Assembly (NCBI GenBank): GCA_964016885.1
Contig: OZ024742.1
Location: 295,368,001-295,432,000 of the forward strand
Direction of reading: 5' to 3'
From: Eledone cirrhosa
Lineage: Eukaryota
DNA: 64,000 nucleotides
Each line of letters begins with the position of its first letter. The stretch's first letter is position 1. A program made the translations under genes and the position numbers. The notes beneath the pieces are model-generated. The model was given only the letters and a program-made list of their open reading frames with translations, was not told the origin of the DNA and made no database searches. Below are positions 36,539 to 49,868 of the stretch, in pieces.

Positions 36539-37248
36539 TGTAACTTTGTCAATACCAAAATAAGGGTTTGCTGGAGCCTGTTCTAGAATTAGGTAAATCC
36601 TTTCTTCATTATCAGCACACAGTGTTTTCAATTGTTCACTCCACTCGGGCAGGGTGCTGTCTTTGGGTGTGTCTTCTGGTACAGACTGGTGTATAGCCAA
36701 TATTGGCGTGCCGGGGGGAGTACAGGTCTTCAGAGATTGTGGCCACGTGTCTTTTTTAACTCGATGTATAACTGTGTGATTGGCAGGTCCAGAGATCCAA
36801 TGACTGTGTGGTAATTCAGGAATCTTAAAAACAGGGGCTTTCTTTAAGTTGTACTGATCTTTACTTGTCAAACTTTTTAATTGTGCTTCATTAACATTTT
36901 CCAAAATAGGGGAACGGATTATTGCTGGATTGGCTGATGATAGTGAAGATAAAGATGCTGTTGTTATCGATTCCGAATTGCCTGCATTTTGACCCTTATC
37001 AACAGCAGTGGTAGTAGTAGATGTTAGTGGAGCCTTTTTCATTTTACCTGTTGATTGTAGTACTGCAGCACCAGGTAAGTGAGTACTACTAATTGTTACT
37101 TCAGAATCAGAAGATGTAACATTCAGGCTGTCGAATATACTGAGATTTTGAAGGTTCACAACTGATTCATTCTGGCTGGTTACACTGCCATTATTCACAA
37201 ACGTTCCTTGACAGAGGTAGACATACCCAACACTGAACATGAAGTACC
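36539..37248 (-). CDS. 710-nt exon of a secreted or membrane protein: signal-peptide-like end, S/T-rich N-glycosylated region, start of cadherin-like domain
   Basis: Non-repetitive 236-codon frame; acceptor TTTTTCTTTTTAG, donor GTAAGT; sequons NGS/NES/NLS/NVT/NHT; SVPEDTPKDSTL...LCADNEE...YFGIDKVT. Confidence 0.85.
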
Positions 37249-37399
37249 CTAAAAAGAAAAAGTAAAAGGAAAATTATACATTGACTCTATGTGACCATAT
37301 TTTTAATGAAATGCATTGTATTCAAATTAATGAAGAATTTATGATTGTATAGGGTTGAGAGCACACTTCAGTATTACTGTGCAAATGATAACTTCTCTA

Positions 37400-37912
37400 G
37401 TGCTAGTCCCCCAATAAAATGCCTCTAGTACATTCAGTAAAGTAATTGAGCTGGTGTCATGATAAAATGCCCCTGTACACTCTGTAAAATATTTGAGTTG
37501 ATACAATGAAAAAAATGTTGCAAGTATTCACTGTAAAGCTGGTATCATGATAACATTCCCACATTATCCTCTGTAAAGTAACATTACTGGTGCCACAATA
37601 AAAGCACTCTGCACACTCTGTAAAGTGGTAGTGCTGGTGTCATAATAATATTCTACCAGTACACTCTGTAAAATATTAGAACTGGTACCATGATAAAATG
37701 TTCCCTCTGTACACTCTGTAAAATATTAAAGTTGGTGCCACGATAAAATGTCCCCATTAAACTCTCTAAATTGAATAGTGTTAAAAGAGCATCATGCTGT
37801 TTAAAGCATGCCGACATATAGACCTTATGAGAAAGCTGTGATCCCTTGATCTGTCAAGACTAAAATTGTTACAACCTGTCCAACTTATGCTAGCATGGAA
37901 ATGTTGATGAAT
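37400..37912 (+). repeat. Tandem array of the RTE-5'-UTR-like motif (GGTGCCATGATAAAATG..GTACACTCTGTAAA) ending in an RTE-type tail
   Basis: About 7 diverged ~50-bp units; similar arrays at ~57630-58060 and ~59420-59945. Confidence 0.7.
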
Positions 37913-37941
37913 TTGAAACGATTTACTGAAATTATTGTTTC

Positions 37942-38156
37942 GTGGATTGGCAGTATCAGAGGAGTGTCAGACAACATGCTTTATGTCATAGAGTTACGGC
38001 TCTTTACGATCTAAGTTCAAATCCTGCTGAGGTTAGCTTTACCTTTCATCCTTACGGGGTCAATAAAATAAAGTACCAGTAATGCACTGGGGTCGATTTA
38101 ATCGACTTTCTCCTCCTCCAAAATTGTTGGCCTTGTGTCTAAATCAGAAACCATTA
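37942..38156 (+). mobile_element. tRNA-derived Nin/Deu-like SINE
   Basis: GTGGATTGGCAGTATC head, B-box, CCTTTCATCCTTACGGGGTC core. Confidence 0.8.
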
Positions 38157-38184
38157 TCAAAGTAGTATTTGTTTTTATATAAAA

Positions 38185-39145
38185 CTAGCAGCAGTACCCA
38201 GCGTTGCCTGGGTAGGTAAAATAATATCTGCTTTGATGAAAAGGTGTTGGTCTTAGCGACTGCTTCTTGATGACTCATCTATGGCCACACACAGGCCATG
38301 CGGGTGACTGACGAAGGGGCATGTTGGGGGGAGGGAGGTAATGACCTCTAACACTAAGCCAAATTTCCTCATGCTACTTGATTGGAAACCGATGAATTCT
38401 CAAATACACAACTAAAAGCTCAGACGACGTCAGTGGCCATCGTTTTGCCTTTGACCATCTATAAGATGGGCAATGATAGGTTCTATCGTAGTATAAAAGT
38501 TGAACCAAATAAATTGATTTATGTGTGAGGTGGAGCCGAAGTTTCGAATTTGAACGAAATCGGTTGAAAAATGTGGGAGCTAGAGCCTAAAAGGCGGAAA
38601 TTTGAGCGAAAATGTGGTATTTTCGAATATTTAAGCGGCTGCCACGTCGTTCCTGAACAAAAAAATTCAAAATGTAAAGCCACTTTAAGACGTGAAATAA
38701 TCAGATCTAGCGTAGTGTAAAATTTGAACAAAGTAGGTTGATTAATGTGGGAGGTAGAGCCGAAAAAGTGGAAATTTGAGTTTAAAAGTGGTATTTTTGA
38801 ATATTTAAGCGGCTGCCAGGCCGTCCCTGAACAACAAATGCAAAATATAAAGCCATTACAGGATGTGCAATAATAAATTCTATTTTACTTTAAAATTTGA
38901 ACGAAATCGGTGGCAAAATGTGGCAAAATCTTATTTTTCAATACCTAAAAAAAGGTGACACCCCTATCGATTTTTATCTGCAGAATGACCTCGGAATAAA
39001 AAAAACGATACGCTGATATATAGAAAACACTCCCCGATGACTAATCTATGAGCCTGTAAAGTTTCATGAAAATCGGTCGTAAGATGTAGGTCCCTATAGG
39101 TAATACACAAACACACACACATACTTAATTTTATATATATACAGA
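38185..39145 (-). mobile_element. Non-autonomous Helitron with internal ~175-bp tandem repeats
   Basis: On minus: A|TCTGTATATATATAAAA 5' end, 3' CTAG|T end, subterminal hairpin TACCCAG/CTGGGTA (38195-38214); repeats at ~38480-38930. Confidence 0.85.
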
Positions 39146-40603
39146 TTATATTGAAAGTTTTAATTTAATTAGGAACCCTTTAACATGTTTCTTTTTGTTT
39201 CATAGAACCAAAGTGCTGGTAATAATCTCAGGCCATATGTAGATTAATTAAGTATTTTAGTAATTAGAGTTAAAATCAATGATAATGATGATGATGATGA
39301 TGATGATCTAGTAAAAGCTGAAAGAAACATATGTTGCTTCCATCCATAATTCATATAATTTCAAAACAGATTGATGAACTAATTTTAGTGAGTTAATTTT
39401 ATTCAAGTAAATTGAAAGTATAGTTGCATTGATTGTCATTTATTTAAATAATTAAGTTAAAATTTATTTGGCATAGGAATTCATCATAATTTTAAGTCCA
39501 CTTTCCAAGCTGGCATAGGTTGAACAAGTTGTCATGGTCTGAGACGAAGCTAATTGAAGAGACCTCATCTTGCTCATACGTTCCATGTTTAGAAATACAA
39601 CTTTGATAAGTTTTATAGATTTCAGCCAGTATTGTCTCAGACCATGTCTAACTTAATAACACCCCCTGGCATTCACCCATATTCATAAACCTTTTAAAAT
39701 ATAGTGGGTCCACACTTTATACAGCCAATTGATTCTCCACCCCACTCCAACTCTGCATTATTAAAAACACATGTATATTCAATTCAAGACCCTTAAATAA
39801 AAAGCATAATGTCATGCATATTCTTTAAACTAGAGGAAAAATATGACAATGGAAGGGGTTGGAATGTTTCTCCTTCACAAGAAAAGAAGGATAGAGGTAG
39901 GGGTTAGAGTTGTTCAGTTTTTTTTTTATGTAAGATGTGAGTCCACTATATAATCAACCATATATTTTCGTTTTTGCTTCGTGTAATGTTGATAAGATCA
40001 AAAAGAATAAGATGAGGTAAAACAGTGACCATAACTTAATCAATATAAACGATTTCCTATCAGTCAATCAATGAAGATAAGAGAAAAATGAATGACGCAG
40101 AGTCGGCCAATTATGTGAATACATTGTGAGATAATTAAATCAATTTTTAGCAGTGGCAGGAGCAGTTATGGCAACATTTCACACACATGAATATTAATTT
40201 AATCAAACATTTTCTGTTTGTGTGTAAATCTTACAACTACATATAACACACATATATATATATATACATGCACAAACACATATTTATCAGCCTCCCTAGT
40301 ATTGGTGATCTACACAATAAATGTATCATGTACATGCTGTAAAGTGGTAGGTGATAGGAAGGTAGCCAGCCATAGAAAGCTTGCTAAGCAAAAGGTTGTG
40401 ATGATGCTCAGCTGTTTCAAAGATATGGCAACCGTGCCTGTACACTCGGTACAGTACCATATATTAGTGAGATGCAGATCCTTGGCCTGTCTGGGAGATT
40501 AGTAACCTCACATCAGTATTGACTTGGTTTATGTAGACCCACCCAACCCTTGCTAGCTGGGGAAGTGGATGTTAAAATGGGGATGATATAATATAATGAT
40601 ATA

Positions 40604-42535
40604 TAATGAAATTATTGTGTACAGTGCTCAGGTGCACTACAACTCATCAAAGGTGCATGTTTCGTACATAGAATAATATACAAATGTTAGGGAAGTGAAG
40701 AGTGTATGAGTCATGATATACATGTGTGCATGTGTATGGAGGGGGGATATCAGGTGTAGTGTTGGTGAATTTCAGGAAGCATGGAGGTTTTAAAGGATGC
40801 AGTGTATTGGCAGGTAACAACTGATACATGTAGTTTGTTCCATGCTTCAGCAACTCTGAGCGTGAAAAAATGTTTCTGAAAGTCATGGGAGCTGTACTGT
40901 TTTCTGACTTTGTTGCTATGCCCACATGTGTTAGACACATGGAAAGCAAAAAGGCACTTAGGGTTGTTGTTGGCGAGATGGTTAATAATTTTGTGGGTGT
41001 TTACCAAGTCAGTTGCCAGGCATTGGAGCTTCAATGTATCCATGCCCAGGGAAGCAAGGTGTTCAGAGTATGGTAGATGCCTGATGGAGGGTATTTGTTT
41101 GGTTGCACATCTCTGAACAGTCTCCAGGTGGTCAATGTTCTGAGAAAGATAGGGGTTCCAGACTGGTGAGGCTGCACCATAGCTATATACAGCTTTAAAT
41201 AGATAGCTGGAGAGCGGCTGACAAAGGTCTTGCTGAGTGATGCTAAGACACCCTCGGCCTTCTTAACAATTTTAGAGATGTGCTTCGTCCAACGCAAATC
41301 GCTGCTGACAGTAATGCCCAGGTCATGTTCACAAGAAGACTTCTTGATATTAGTGTTGTGGAGAGAGTATGTGGATGCTGGGTTTTTACTCCCAAAATGC
41401 ATGGTGGTACACTTGTCCACAGCCAACTTGAGTTGCCAGTTCATGATCCATTGTTGCATTGTGTCCAGGTCAGACTGCAAGCAAGATCTATAGTGTTCAG
41501 GATCTGTCCTTTTTATCTCAAGGTACAGCTTCATGTCATCTGCATATTTCAGTACTGTGGCATTCTTTAAGTTAGCCTCTATGTCATTAATATATGCCAC
41601 AAATAAAAGGGGACCAAGAACAGATCCCTGTGGTACACCAGATGACATCTCATATGGTGAGGAATGCTGTCCTAGAACCATGACTACTTCTCTTCGCCTG
41701 AGAATGAAGGACTTCAACCAGTTAAAAATATCATCCTTCACACCCATTGCAGAGAGTTTTGCCATAAGTCTTTTGTGTGGCAGAGAATTGAAAGCTTTAG
41801 CAAAGTCAAGGTAAACAACATCCACCCATGAGCCACCATCAGTGATCCGGGTGATGTCTTCAAGAAACTCGATAAGTTGATCACAGCAGCTGGAGTTGGG
41901 GATAAATCCAAATTGCAAGGGCCGGATAAGACTGTGAGAGTTCCAGAAGTTCCAAAGCATTTCTCTGACACAGGATTCCATCAGTTTGGCAATGCAGATA
42001 GTAAGACTGACTGGACGATAGTTCACAGGTGATGTGTGGTCACCCTTTTTGAACAGAGGAATGAGACTGGCAGTTTTCCACTGTTCTGGAGTAACACCAT
42101 TGTTCAGACAGAATTGGAAGAAGCGTGATAGCTGGTGCAGAAGGAAGTACCCACCACGTTTGAGAAGCAGGTACATAACACCATCAAGACCAGGAGAGGC
42201 ATGGTTGCGTTTATTTTTATGCTGATGTCGCAGCATTGCAGGTGTAAATTCCATAGTTGTAATAGAATCTGATATCAGAGGTGTTGGAGATGGTACACTC
42301 TGGTCTTCAACAGTGAAAATGCCTGCATAGCATTCAGCAATGAGTTCTGCGCATTCCTTGGGGTCGGCAGTAACCTGGCTTGTATGGGGATTGCGAAGAG
42401 TGAGGCCTCTGCTTTGAGTGAACATACTTCCAGAACATTTTACTGTCAGGGTTGGTTGCTATGCGCTGCTCAAATTCAAGCACTGCCTTTTTTGTCACCT
42501 GCTTGAGATGGTTGGATGATTTATTTTGCTTTTTC
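40604..42535 (-). mobile_element. 5'-truncated CR1-clade LINE
   Basis: 464-aa RT frame (NYRPVSL, VYLDFAKAF, GVPQGSVLGPLLF, YADDMKL); 3' hairpin GTGC-ACCTGA-GCAC; an isolated 3' end also lies at ~31815-31910. Confidence 0.92.
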
Positions 42536-42577
42536 CTATTGATATCTGATTTGAAACATTATATATATATTTTTTTC

Positions 42578-42629
<52 letters not shown>

Positions 42630-42840
42630 GAAGAAGTTATATACATTATATAGATATTATATATATTATATACATATATATCCATATATATATACACACA
42701 CATACACACACACACATATACATATATACACACATATATAAACACACACACACATACACCCACACATACACACACATGCAATATATATATGTATATAATT
42801 TATATATATTTATTTTATATATTATATATACAATATACCT

Positions 42841-43232
42841 ATGTATCCCTCCAACACGGACGTGAACACTACAATGTCTGCTTGATGGGGAAAATATTCC
42901 ATCAGCATTACCTAATCGATGTTGGCCTCATCTTTAAAGTACACCTAAGGCTTGGGCCCCGTGCTGTTTGCCCACAACAAAAATCAAACTCGCACAATTA
43001 TTTCACCTCAACTGGTCCAAAACACATTAAAACAGATCCCATAAAATTCAAAAATTCTTTGGTTGAATTCTTCTAAGAAATCCTGGATAAACCTCCTACA
43101 CCTGGATATGTCCCCACAAATAATAACTCTACTTGAGTGGGCAAAATCCTAATTTGAAAGTTCACCAGGTGGTGCTATTAAGTTAAACATAGCCTGGGCC
43201 AATACTGGCTGAAAGTTATCAGACATATATTA
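42841..43232 (+). mobile_element. 3' end of another CR1-like LINE
   Basis: SLQHGREHY...RLGPRAVCP...FKNSL...DKPPTPGY remnants. Confidence 0.65.
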
Positions 43233-43734
43233 TATATATACAATATATATATATATTTGTATGTATGTAGGCATGTATGTAGGTATATGTATATATATTT
43301 ATATTCATATGTATGTATATATGTATGTATCTCAAAAGACCAATTTAAATGTAAGATATTACTTAGTAATAAAATATGAAGGATACAAAAGAAATTGTCT
43401 TTTGATAACATTAAGATACACAGAGATGTTGATAATAAAAACATAACAATCATACCCAGCCTAATTTTAATTTCTTTACAAATCTTTAAAATTTACAGAT
43501 ATTCATATCAATAATAAATACTCCTCTACCACAGTTTTAAAGAAACTTTTCTTTTTAGTTTCATGTTACAACATAAGTTTGAACATGAATTCAAGTACAT
43601 ACTTGCAATGTAAGAGACATTAAAATATGCTTTCATATGTAAATTTAAAGCAAGAATAAATTTTGTCATTTTTCAAAGGCTGTTTTCAAATATATATAGA
43701 TATAGGAAAAGGCATAATTTATCAAATATGTGTA

Positions 43735-43772
<38 letters not shown>

Positions 43773-44319
43773 GTGAGGAGGAAATAAAGAAAAATTGCTT
43801 TGAGCAACTTGGAAGATTATATTTACCAGATAATAGTGAGAAAATATCTTCACTTATATATATATATATATATATAATGTGAAAGTGGTAAATTTCAGAG
43901 AGAATGCCTTATGGTATTCTTTCCATCTCTTTGTATTCAGAGTTCAAATACTACTGAGGTCAACTTTGCCTTTCCTTCTTTTGAGGTTGATAAATAAAGT
44001 ATGAGTCAAGTACTGGGACCGATTCTTCTTCTGTATCTCTTTCACACCTTCTCTCTATTTTTCTTTCTTTGGAAGAACTTGGCTATGTTCAGACATAAAA
44101 AGGGATTGGCTCCCCAAGGGCCAATGCCCAAAACATGCTGTAATTCGTGATGGCATCTCTGTAACTCCATCAGGAATTCAATGGATGGATATATTATCAA
44201 TATAATTAAAAAGTATTATGTAATACTTTGTATGTTATTGATTTTTGGAATATTGAGTTTCAAATTGATCATTAAAACTATGTTTAAAATTTTCTAACAT
44301 TTGATTAATAAAATTAATA

Positions 44320-44474
44320 ATAATTGTTTCTACTTTTGGCACAAGGCCAGCAATTACTCCGTAAGGATGAAAGGCAAAGTTAACCTCGACAGGATTTAAA
44401 CTCAGAATGGCAAGGGCCGTAACTCTATGCGTCAAAGCATGGCCTCCGACCCTCTACTGATACTGCCAATCCAC
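44320..44474 (-). mobile_element. Internally deleted Nin/Deu-like SINE
   Basis: Same head and tail as the other copies. Confidence 0.8.
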
Positions 44475-46303
44475 AATAATAATACTGCCTAATGGGCTAT
44501 AAACAGCGTCAATATCTAGTGTTTATCATTTCTGTTTGTTTTTCTTTCCTTACAATATTCCCCTCACTTTACATTTTCATCTCCATATTTCTGAAGATCC
44601 CAACCTACATGAAATTCAATAAAAGATATTGAAATATCTTCATGATAAATGGGAAGAGAATATATGTAAACCTAAAGAGCATGTTGATAAAGATATATAA
44701 AGTAATTTTTCTATTTAGTTAAGCAAAGCTATATATATATTACATGTGATTAAATTGTTTCTTATATAACTAAACTAAACTACAGCTGTCACTCACAATT
44801 GAGTATGACTTGTAAATGTTAAAGGGTTAATGTTGATTTCAATACTGAAGAAGTCTATTAAGCTGAAATGCATTGTATATGTAGGATCAAGAGGACTCTT
44901 CATTTGTACCAAAGACATAACTTCCCTAGTGCTGGTGTCAAAATGAAATGCACCTAGTTCATAGTGTAGAATGCAAGGACATATGTAAGTGAGACGCAGC
45001 CCCTGGCTCATCTCACAGGTCAGTAACTCAAATACCGACTTGGTCTGTAACAACACATCCAACTCTTGCTAGCTAGGAAAACAGATGTTAAATGATGTAG
45101 ATAGAAGAGCTCAAATGATGTAGATGAAACAGCATAAAAGACGATCTTATAACTTTGATTTGTTTGTTGGTAATTACTATGAAGTAATTAAGTTATGAAT
45201 GACTAATTATAGAGGAGTTCTCTCTTCAAAGAAGAAATGTGGTTATACCAAACAATTTTGAAAATATAAATGATAAGACATATTTTTTATTGGCAATAAA
45301 TATTCAATCAAAACTGAAAGGAAATGGTAGATACTACCATAATTTACAAATGCATTTGTCAAGCCAATGAGGTGGCATACGGTAGAAATAGCAGTCAAAT
45401 CTCCTGCAAATCATACCTTAGCATATTTTAAAAATAAGGACACATTGGAACATGAGAACATAAAGAGAAAAGGCAGGATGGTTATGTTTGAACTACGTTT
45501 AGTATGCTTATTTAAAACTGTTTCATCAGAGAGGGAAGGACAGTGCCTATGACCCTTTTCAGGGTCTCCAAGACTGGTGTGAAGGAAACTAATAGAATAT
45601 TAGCTTAAATACTTGCAGTAGAGAGGACTCTTAATCTGGTTTGTTTGGCGTTAAACAACAACAACTGCACTTGTCTTGAAAGATGCCATTATCATTATTC
45701 TAAATACCATTAACCATTTCTGTCTCAGAATTTTCTAAGTTAATATAGATTAATTACTTCAGTAGACCACACCAAGCCATTTTCTTACTACGGTCACATA
45801 TATACATTTCATTCATTTAATAACATTCCACACCTTTTATCACCTACCATCCATTTTCATTTAGTAATTAGATTTTAGTAATATAAGATTACTATTACCT
45901 GCAGTATTAGTTTCTGGCAGCACCAATATTTGAAATTAATTCTTACTATAAGTTCAGCTTTAATCAAATTAGTCAGAAACAAAATTTAGCTAAACTTTTA
46001 ACTACTCCCAGGCCATTAACATAGACTGGTAGTTTTGAATACACAGACATGTGCAAACACACACACGCGCACACACACACACACACACACACAACAATTA
46101 TGTGCATGTTTTAGCCCTCCTTCAATTCTTGGAATGAGTTATTCAAAGACATGATGTACCACCAGGAATCAAACCTTGCAATTGTGAACCAAGCATCCTA
46201 ATCATTAATGCACATACATTCATGTACACACACAAAGTGAATACATTTTCAGTATAATGTATATGAATATAAGGTTTACTCTGCCAATATATATATTTTT
46301 ACT

Positions 46304-46776
46304 GTTTAGTCAGGGAAGGAACAGCTGTGCTCCTGACCCTTTTTAGAGTTACTGAGATTGGTGGGAGGATAGAAGTGAAGAAGGTATCATCAAACCAAAA
46401 ACCTGACTTGAATGTTTGCAACAGAGTGAACTTTGTTAAAGGCACCCAAGGAGCAGGCGGTGGTGTTAAACTGGGCAACAGATTAATTTTGCTCTCCGAC
46501 AGGTTTGCGGTCGAGCTTGCAGCAGTGGAGACCTCTGGTGCCCTTGGCTTTAGGGCCACCTCCCTGCTCACCAACATCAGCACAGAGCTGGCTACCAGCT
46601 GGAATGGTTCTTCCAGCGTGTCTCCCTCTGTGGAAACGCCTTCTCTATTCTGTCTGCTGGGGCTGTGGGGTGGCCAGTGTGTGGGCCCCCATTTGTTCAC
46701 AATAGTGAGAGATGAGGAGAGTGGGAGAGATGGCGGCAGTGATAATGGGAGTTTGGTTCTTTCGAGTTCAGACCTG
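46304..46776. CDS. GC-rich exon-like block, open on both strands; strand unresolved
   Basis: Plus: TTTTTACTGTTTAG|46310..46776|GTATAT. Minus: CCAG|46773..46304|GTAAAA, or stop at 46299. Unique sequence sharply bounded by AT-rich DNA. Confidence 0.45.
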
Positions 46777-48913
46777 GTATATATATATATGTGTGTGTAT
46801 AAGACAGAATAAGTCCAGAAGATGTGTTACTATATATATATTGTTATTATTTATTTTAACTGTGAGCTAAGCACATAGTGTCAAGGGAAGCAATTCATTA
46901 AAAAATCAGCGTGCTAAAGGTTAAAATACATAAAGTTAATTCATCCAAATAAACACAGAGATTAAAATTCAGAAATCAATGACTCAGAACAAATACTGCA
47001 AGGTATCTGACTCAATAATCTAGCAATTCTGCCAATATATGGCTCTGGATTAGTACTATATTTTATTGACTCTGAAAGGATATAATATAAAATTGGGTTC
47101 AGCAGGATTTTAACTCCTGACCCAGAGAATTGGAAGAAGGAACTCAATCATACTAATTTGCTGTATATATTCTGAAAAGTTAAATTGTTTTACACTAAAA
47201 AAAATTTATCTGAGAGAGAGAGAGAGAGTGTGGGTGTGTGAGAGAGAATGAGAGAGTATGTGTGTATGAGTCAGAATATGTGACTATGAGAGAGAGAGAG
47301 AGTGTGTGTGTGTATGAGGGAGAGCAAGAAAGAGAGAGACAGAGTGAGTGTGTGTATGAGGGAGAGTGAGAAAGAGAATGAAGGAGAGGCAAAGAGAGAA
47401 AGAGAGAGAGAGTGTTTGTGTAAGAGAAAGAAAGTGAGAGTGAGAAAGAGAGAGTGTTTGTGTAAGAGAAAGAGAATGAGAAAGAGAGGGGGAGAGAGAA
47501 AAAGAGAGGAATATTTTAAGAAGTATTGAGAAGAACAGGCATGGCAGAAATTATGTAATGAATGAATTAACAGTTTGTTAATTAAGCAGCTTAGAAACTG
47601 ATCAGAGATATAAAACGAAGGAAGATTCAGTGAAGCTTGTAGAAAGACATTTAGTTGAAAATCAGAATAACACAACTGCATTACAAATGGCCGAAGGCAT
47701 CGCTGCATTCTTCATAATTCCTAATAGTTAGAGACGAAAACAATGGTTAGTTAGGTTCATAGATGGTTAAGATTTTATAAATGTTCTTTGCTTGGTTTAT
47801 TCACATGAAGGGCAACCTTTCTGACCCTGCCAACTACTGACCTATCACACTCTCTCTTCTAACATCTCAAATGCAATGGAAATGCTTTTAAATGCCACCT
47901 CCTTTATCTTGGCAAGGAATCTTACCTTGCTCAATAACTAATATTATATTGACTTCTATCGAGCCTAGCTCTAATAGAGACATGCTTTCATATGTCACAG
48001 ACCACTGCTTTCTCAGTATGAAGAAGTGTTAGTAAAAGCAATGTTACTGCCCTCAACATTCTTTCACTAAGATGGCAAGTGGATGGAGTTGTGAGAATGT
48101 CTTGCAGTACAGCTTCAGTACTGCTCTCTGTGTTCTGAGTTGAAGTCCTGTTGAAGCCAACTTTGCCTTTCTAAAAGCACTTGTCTAAAACTGGAATAAA
48201 TAATTCCCTTTCTCTCATTTTATCCCTCTCAGGGAGATTTATATAACACAGTGTGTGGCAGGTAGATCCCATTTGATGAGTTTCCAGACAGTTTTCCATG
48301 TATCTTGGGTCAAACTTGTCCAAGATAACACACAATAAGATTGAACTTAGGACATCATGATTGTGAAGTGAATTTCATAAACATTTGGTCATGCTGCATC
48401 CACACACACACACACATACAAACATATACACATCTATGGATACATATGCATATTCTCATTATTGAAACTATAATTATTTATGACACTTGCTCATGATGCA
48501 ACTCAGGAGGATCAAGCCCAGCACCTCAGGCCACACACACACACACTCATATGCATATTCCCATGATTGAAAACCAAAATTATTTATGTCACTTCATTCT
48601 CTCAAGAGAAGAGACAGTCATAATTAAAGCAATTTCATGTTTTGAATCTACAATGAGGATAGCAAATATTCTTTAGAGGAAGATTTTCCTATATCTACTC
48701 CAAAATAAACATAATTTCCATTTCATACTGAAAAAAAAGTAATTCAGAAAAAAAAAATTTTTTTTAAAAGTAAAAATGGAAAAGATTCCGCATTCCCAGA
48801 CGTACCAAAATGTTTCCTATTAGAAATGAATTTTTTCCAATTTCATTTTCAAATGATTTACTTTTGAAAGTTAAATATGTTCTTTGATTAGAATAAAGTA
48901 TAGTGGAATGATG

Positions 48914-49868
48914 TTAACCTTTTCATTACTATATTTCTAATGAAAGATTCTGCATATAATTTTCAAATCATTTTGAAAATAATCAAGAATTTTGAAAGAT
49001 TTAGTAATACGAGTTTTCTTATTATTAAGGTGGTGTTCAGAAACATAACTTAACATAAAGGTTTTTAAATAAAATTATCATGAAAAAGTTTTAGATAAAT
49101 GTAAACATGTTAAGATAAGCAGTTTTGTATCATAGATACAGGGATGGTTTCAGGTATCAAAAGAATTAATCATTTTGATACCCTATTTCTACTTAAAGAT
49201 ATTAACTGATTTTCAAATCATTTTAAAAAGAAGAATTTGGAGGGATTTAGTAAAATAGATATTATTAAGTTGGTGTTTGGAGCATAAATTAAACTTAAAA
49301 AAAGTTCTTACATAAATATATGATGGAAGGTTTTTAGATAAATATAAACACTTTAAAATAAACAGTTTTGCATTATGAAACCAGGGATGGTTTCAGATGG
49401 TTTGGCATCAAAAGGGTTAACTCTTTCATTACGATATTTATAATTGTTTCTACTTTTGGGACAAGGCCAGCAATTACCCAGTGCATTACTGGTACTTTAT
49501 TTTCTCGACCCTGCAAGGACGGAAGGCAAAGTTACCCTTGGCGGGATTTGAATGCAGAATGGCAAGGGCCGTAACTCTATGCATCAAAGCATGGCGTCCG
49601 ACCCTCTACTGATACTGCCAATCCACTGCCATATCCATTACGATATTTATAATGAAAGACTATTTGTGATATACAAGTTGTTTGACAAATAATAAAAAAA
49701 TTGGAGGGTTTTAGTAAAATAACTAACTTTCTATTATTAAGCTGGTTTTTTGAACATAAAGGTTCTTACATAAAACTATAATGAAAAGTTTTTAGATAAA
49801 TATAAACAAACAGTTGTGTGTCATAAAACTAGGGGCAGTTTCAGGAAGTTTGTTATCAAAAAGGTTAA
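48914..49868 (+). mobile_element. Three tandem ~250-bp MITE-like units with TTAACC..GGTTAA ends (piggyBac-like)
   Basis: Units joined at TTAA (~49167, 49417); related copies at ~31702-32174, ~33833 and ~60917-61030. Confidence 0.6.
49445..49635 (-). mobile_element. Nin/Deu-like SINE with 18-bp TSD, nested in MITE array
   Basis: TSD CATTACGATATTTATAAT at 49427-49444 and 49636-49653. Confidence 0.9.

Noticed and set aside
38325-38395. CTGACGA...GAAAC inside the Helitron
   Set aside because: Helix does not abut GAAA and no stem I or III.
40085-40115. TGACGCA and CCAAT promoter-like motifs upstream of the cadherin-like exon
   Set aside because: Short motifs with no identifiable first exon; insufficient evidence.
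44585-44625. CTGAAGA...GAAA...TA motif, and a similar one at ~44843-44880
   Set aside because: Stem II or stem I does not form properly; compatible with chance in AT-rich DNA.
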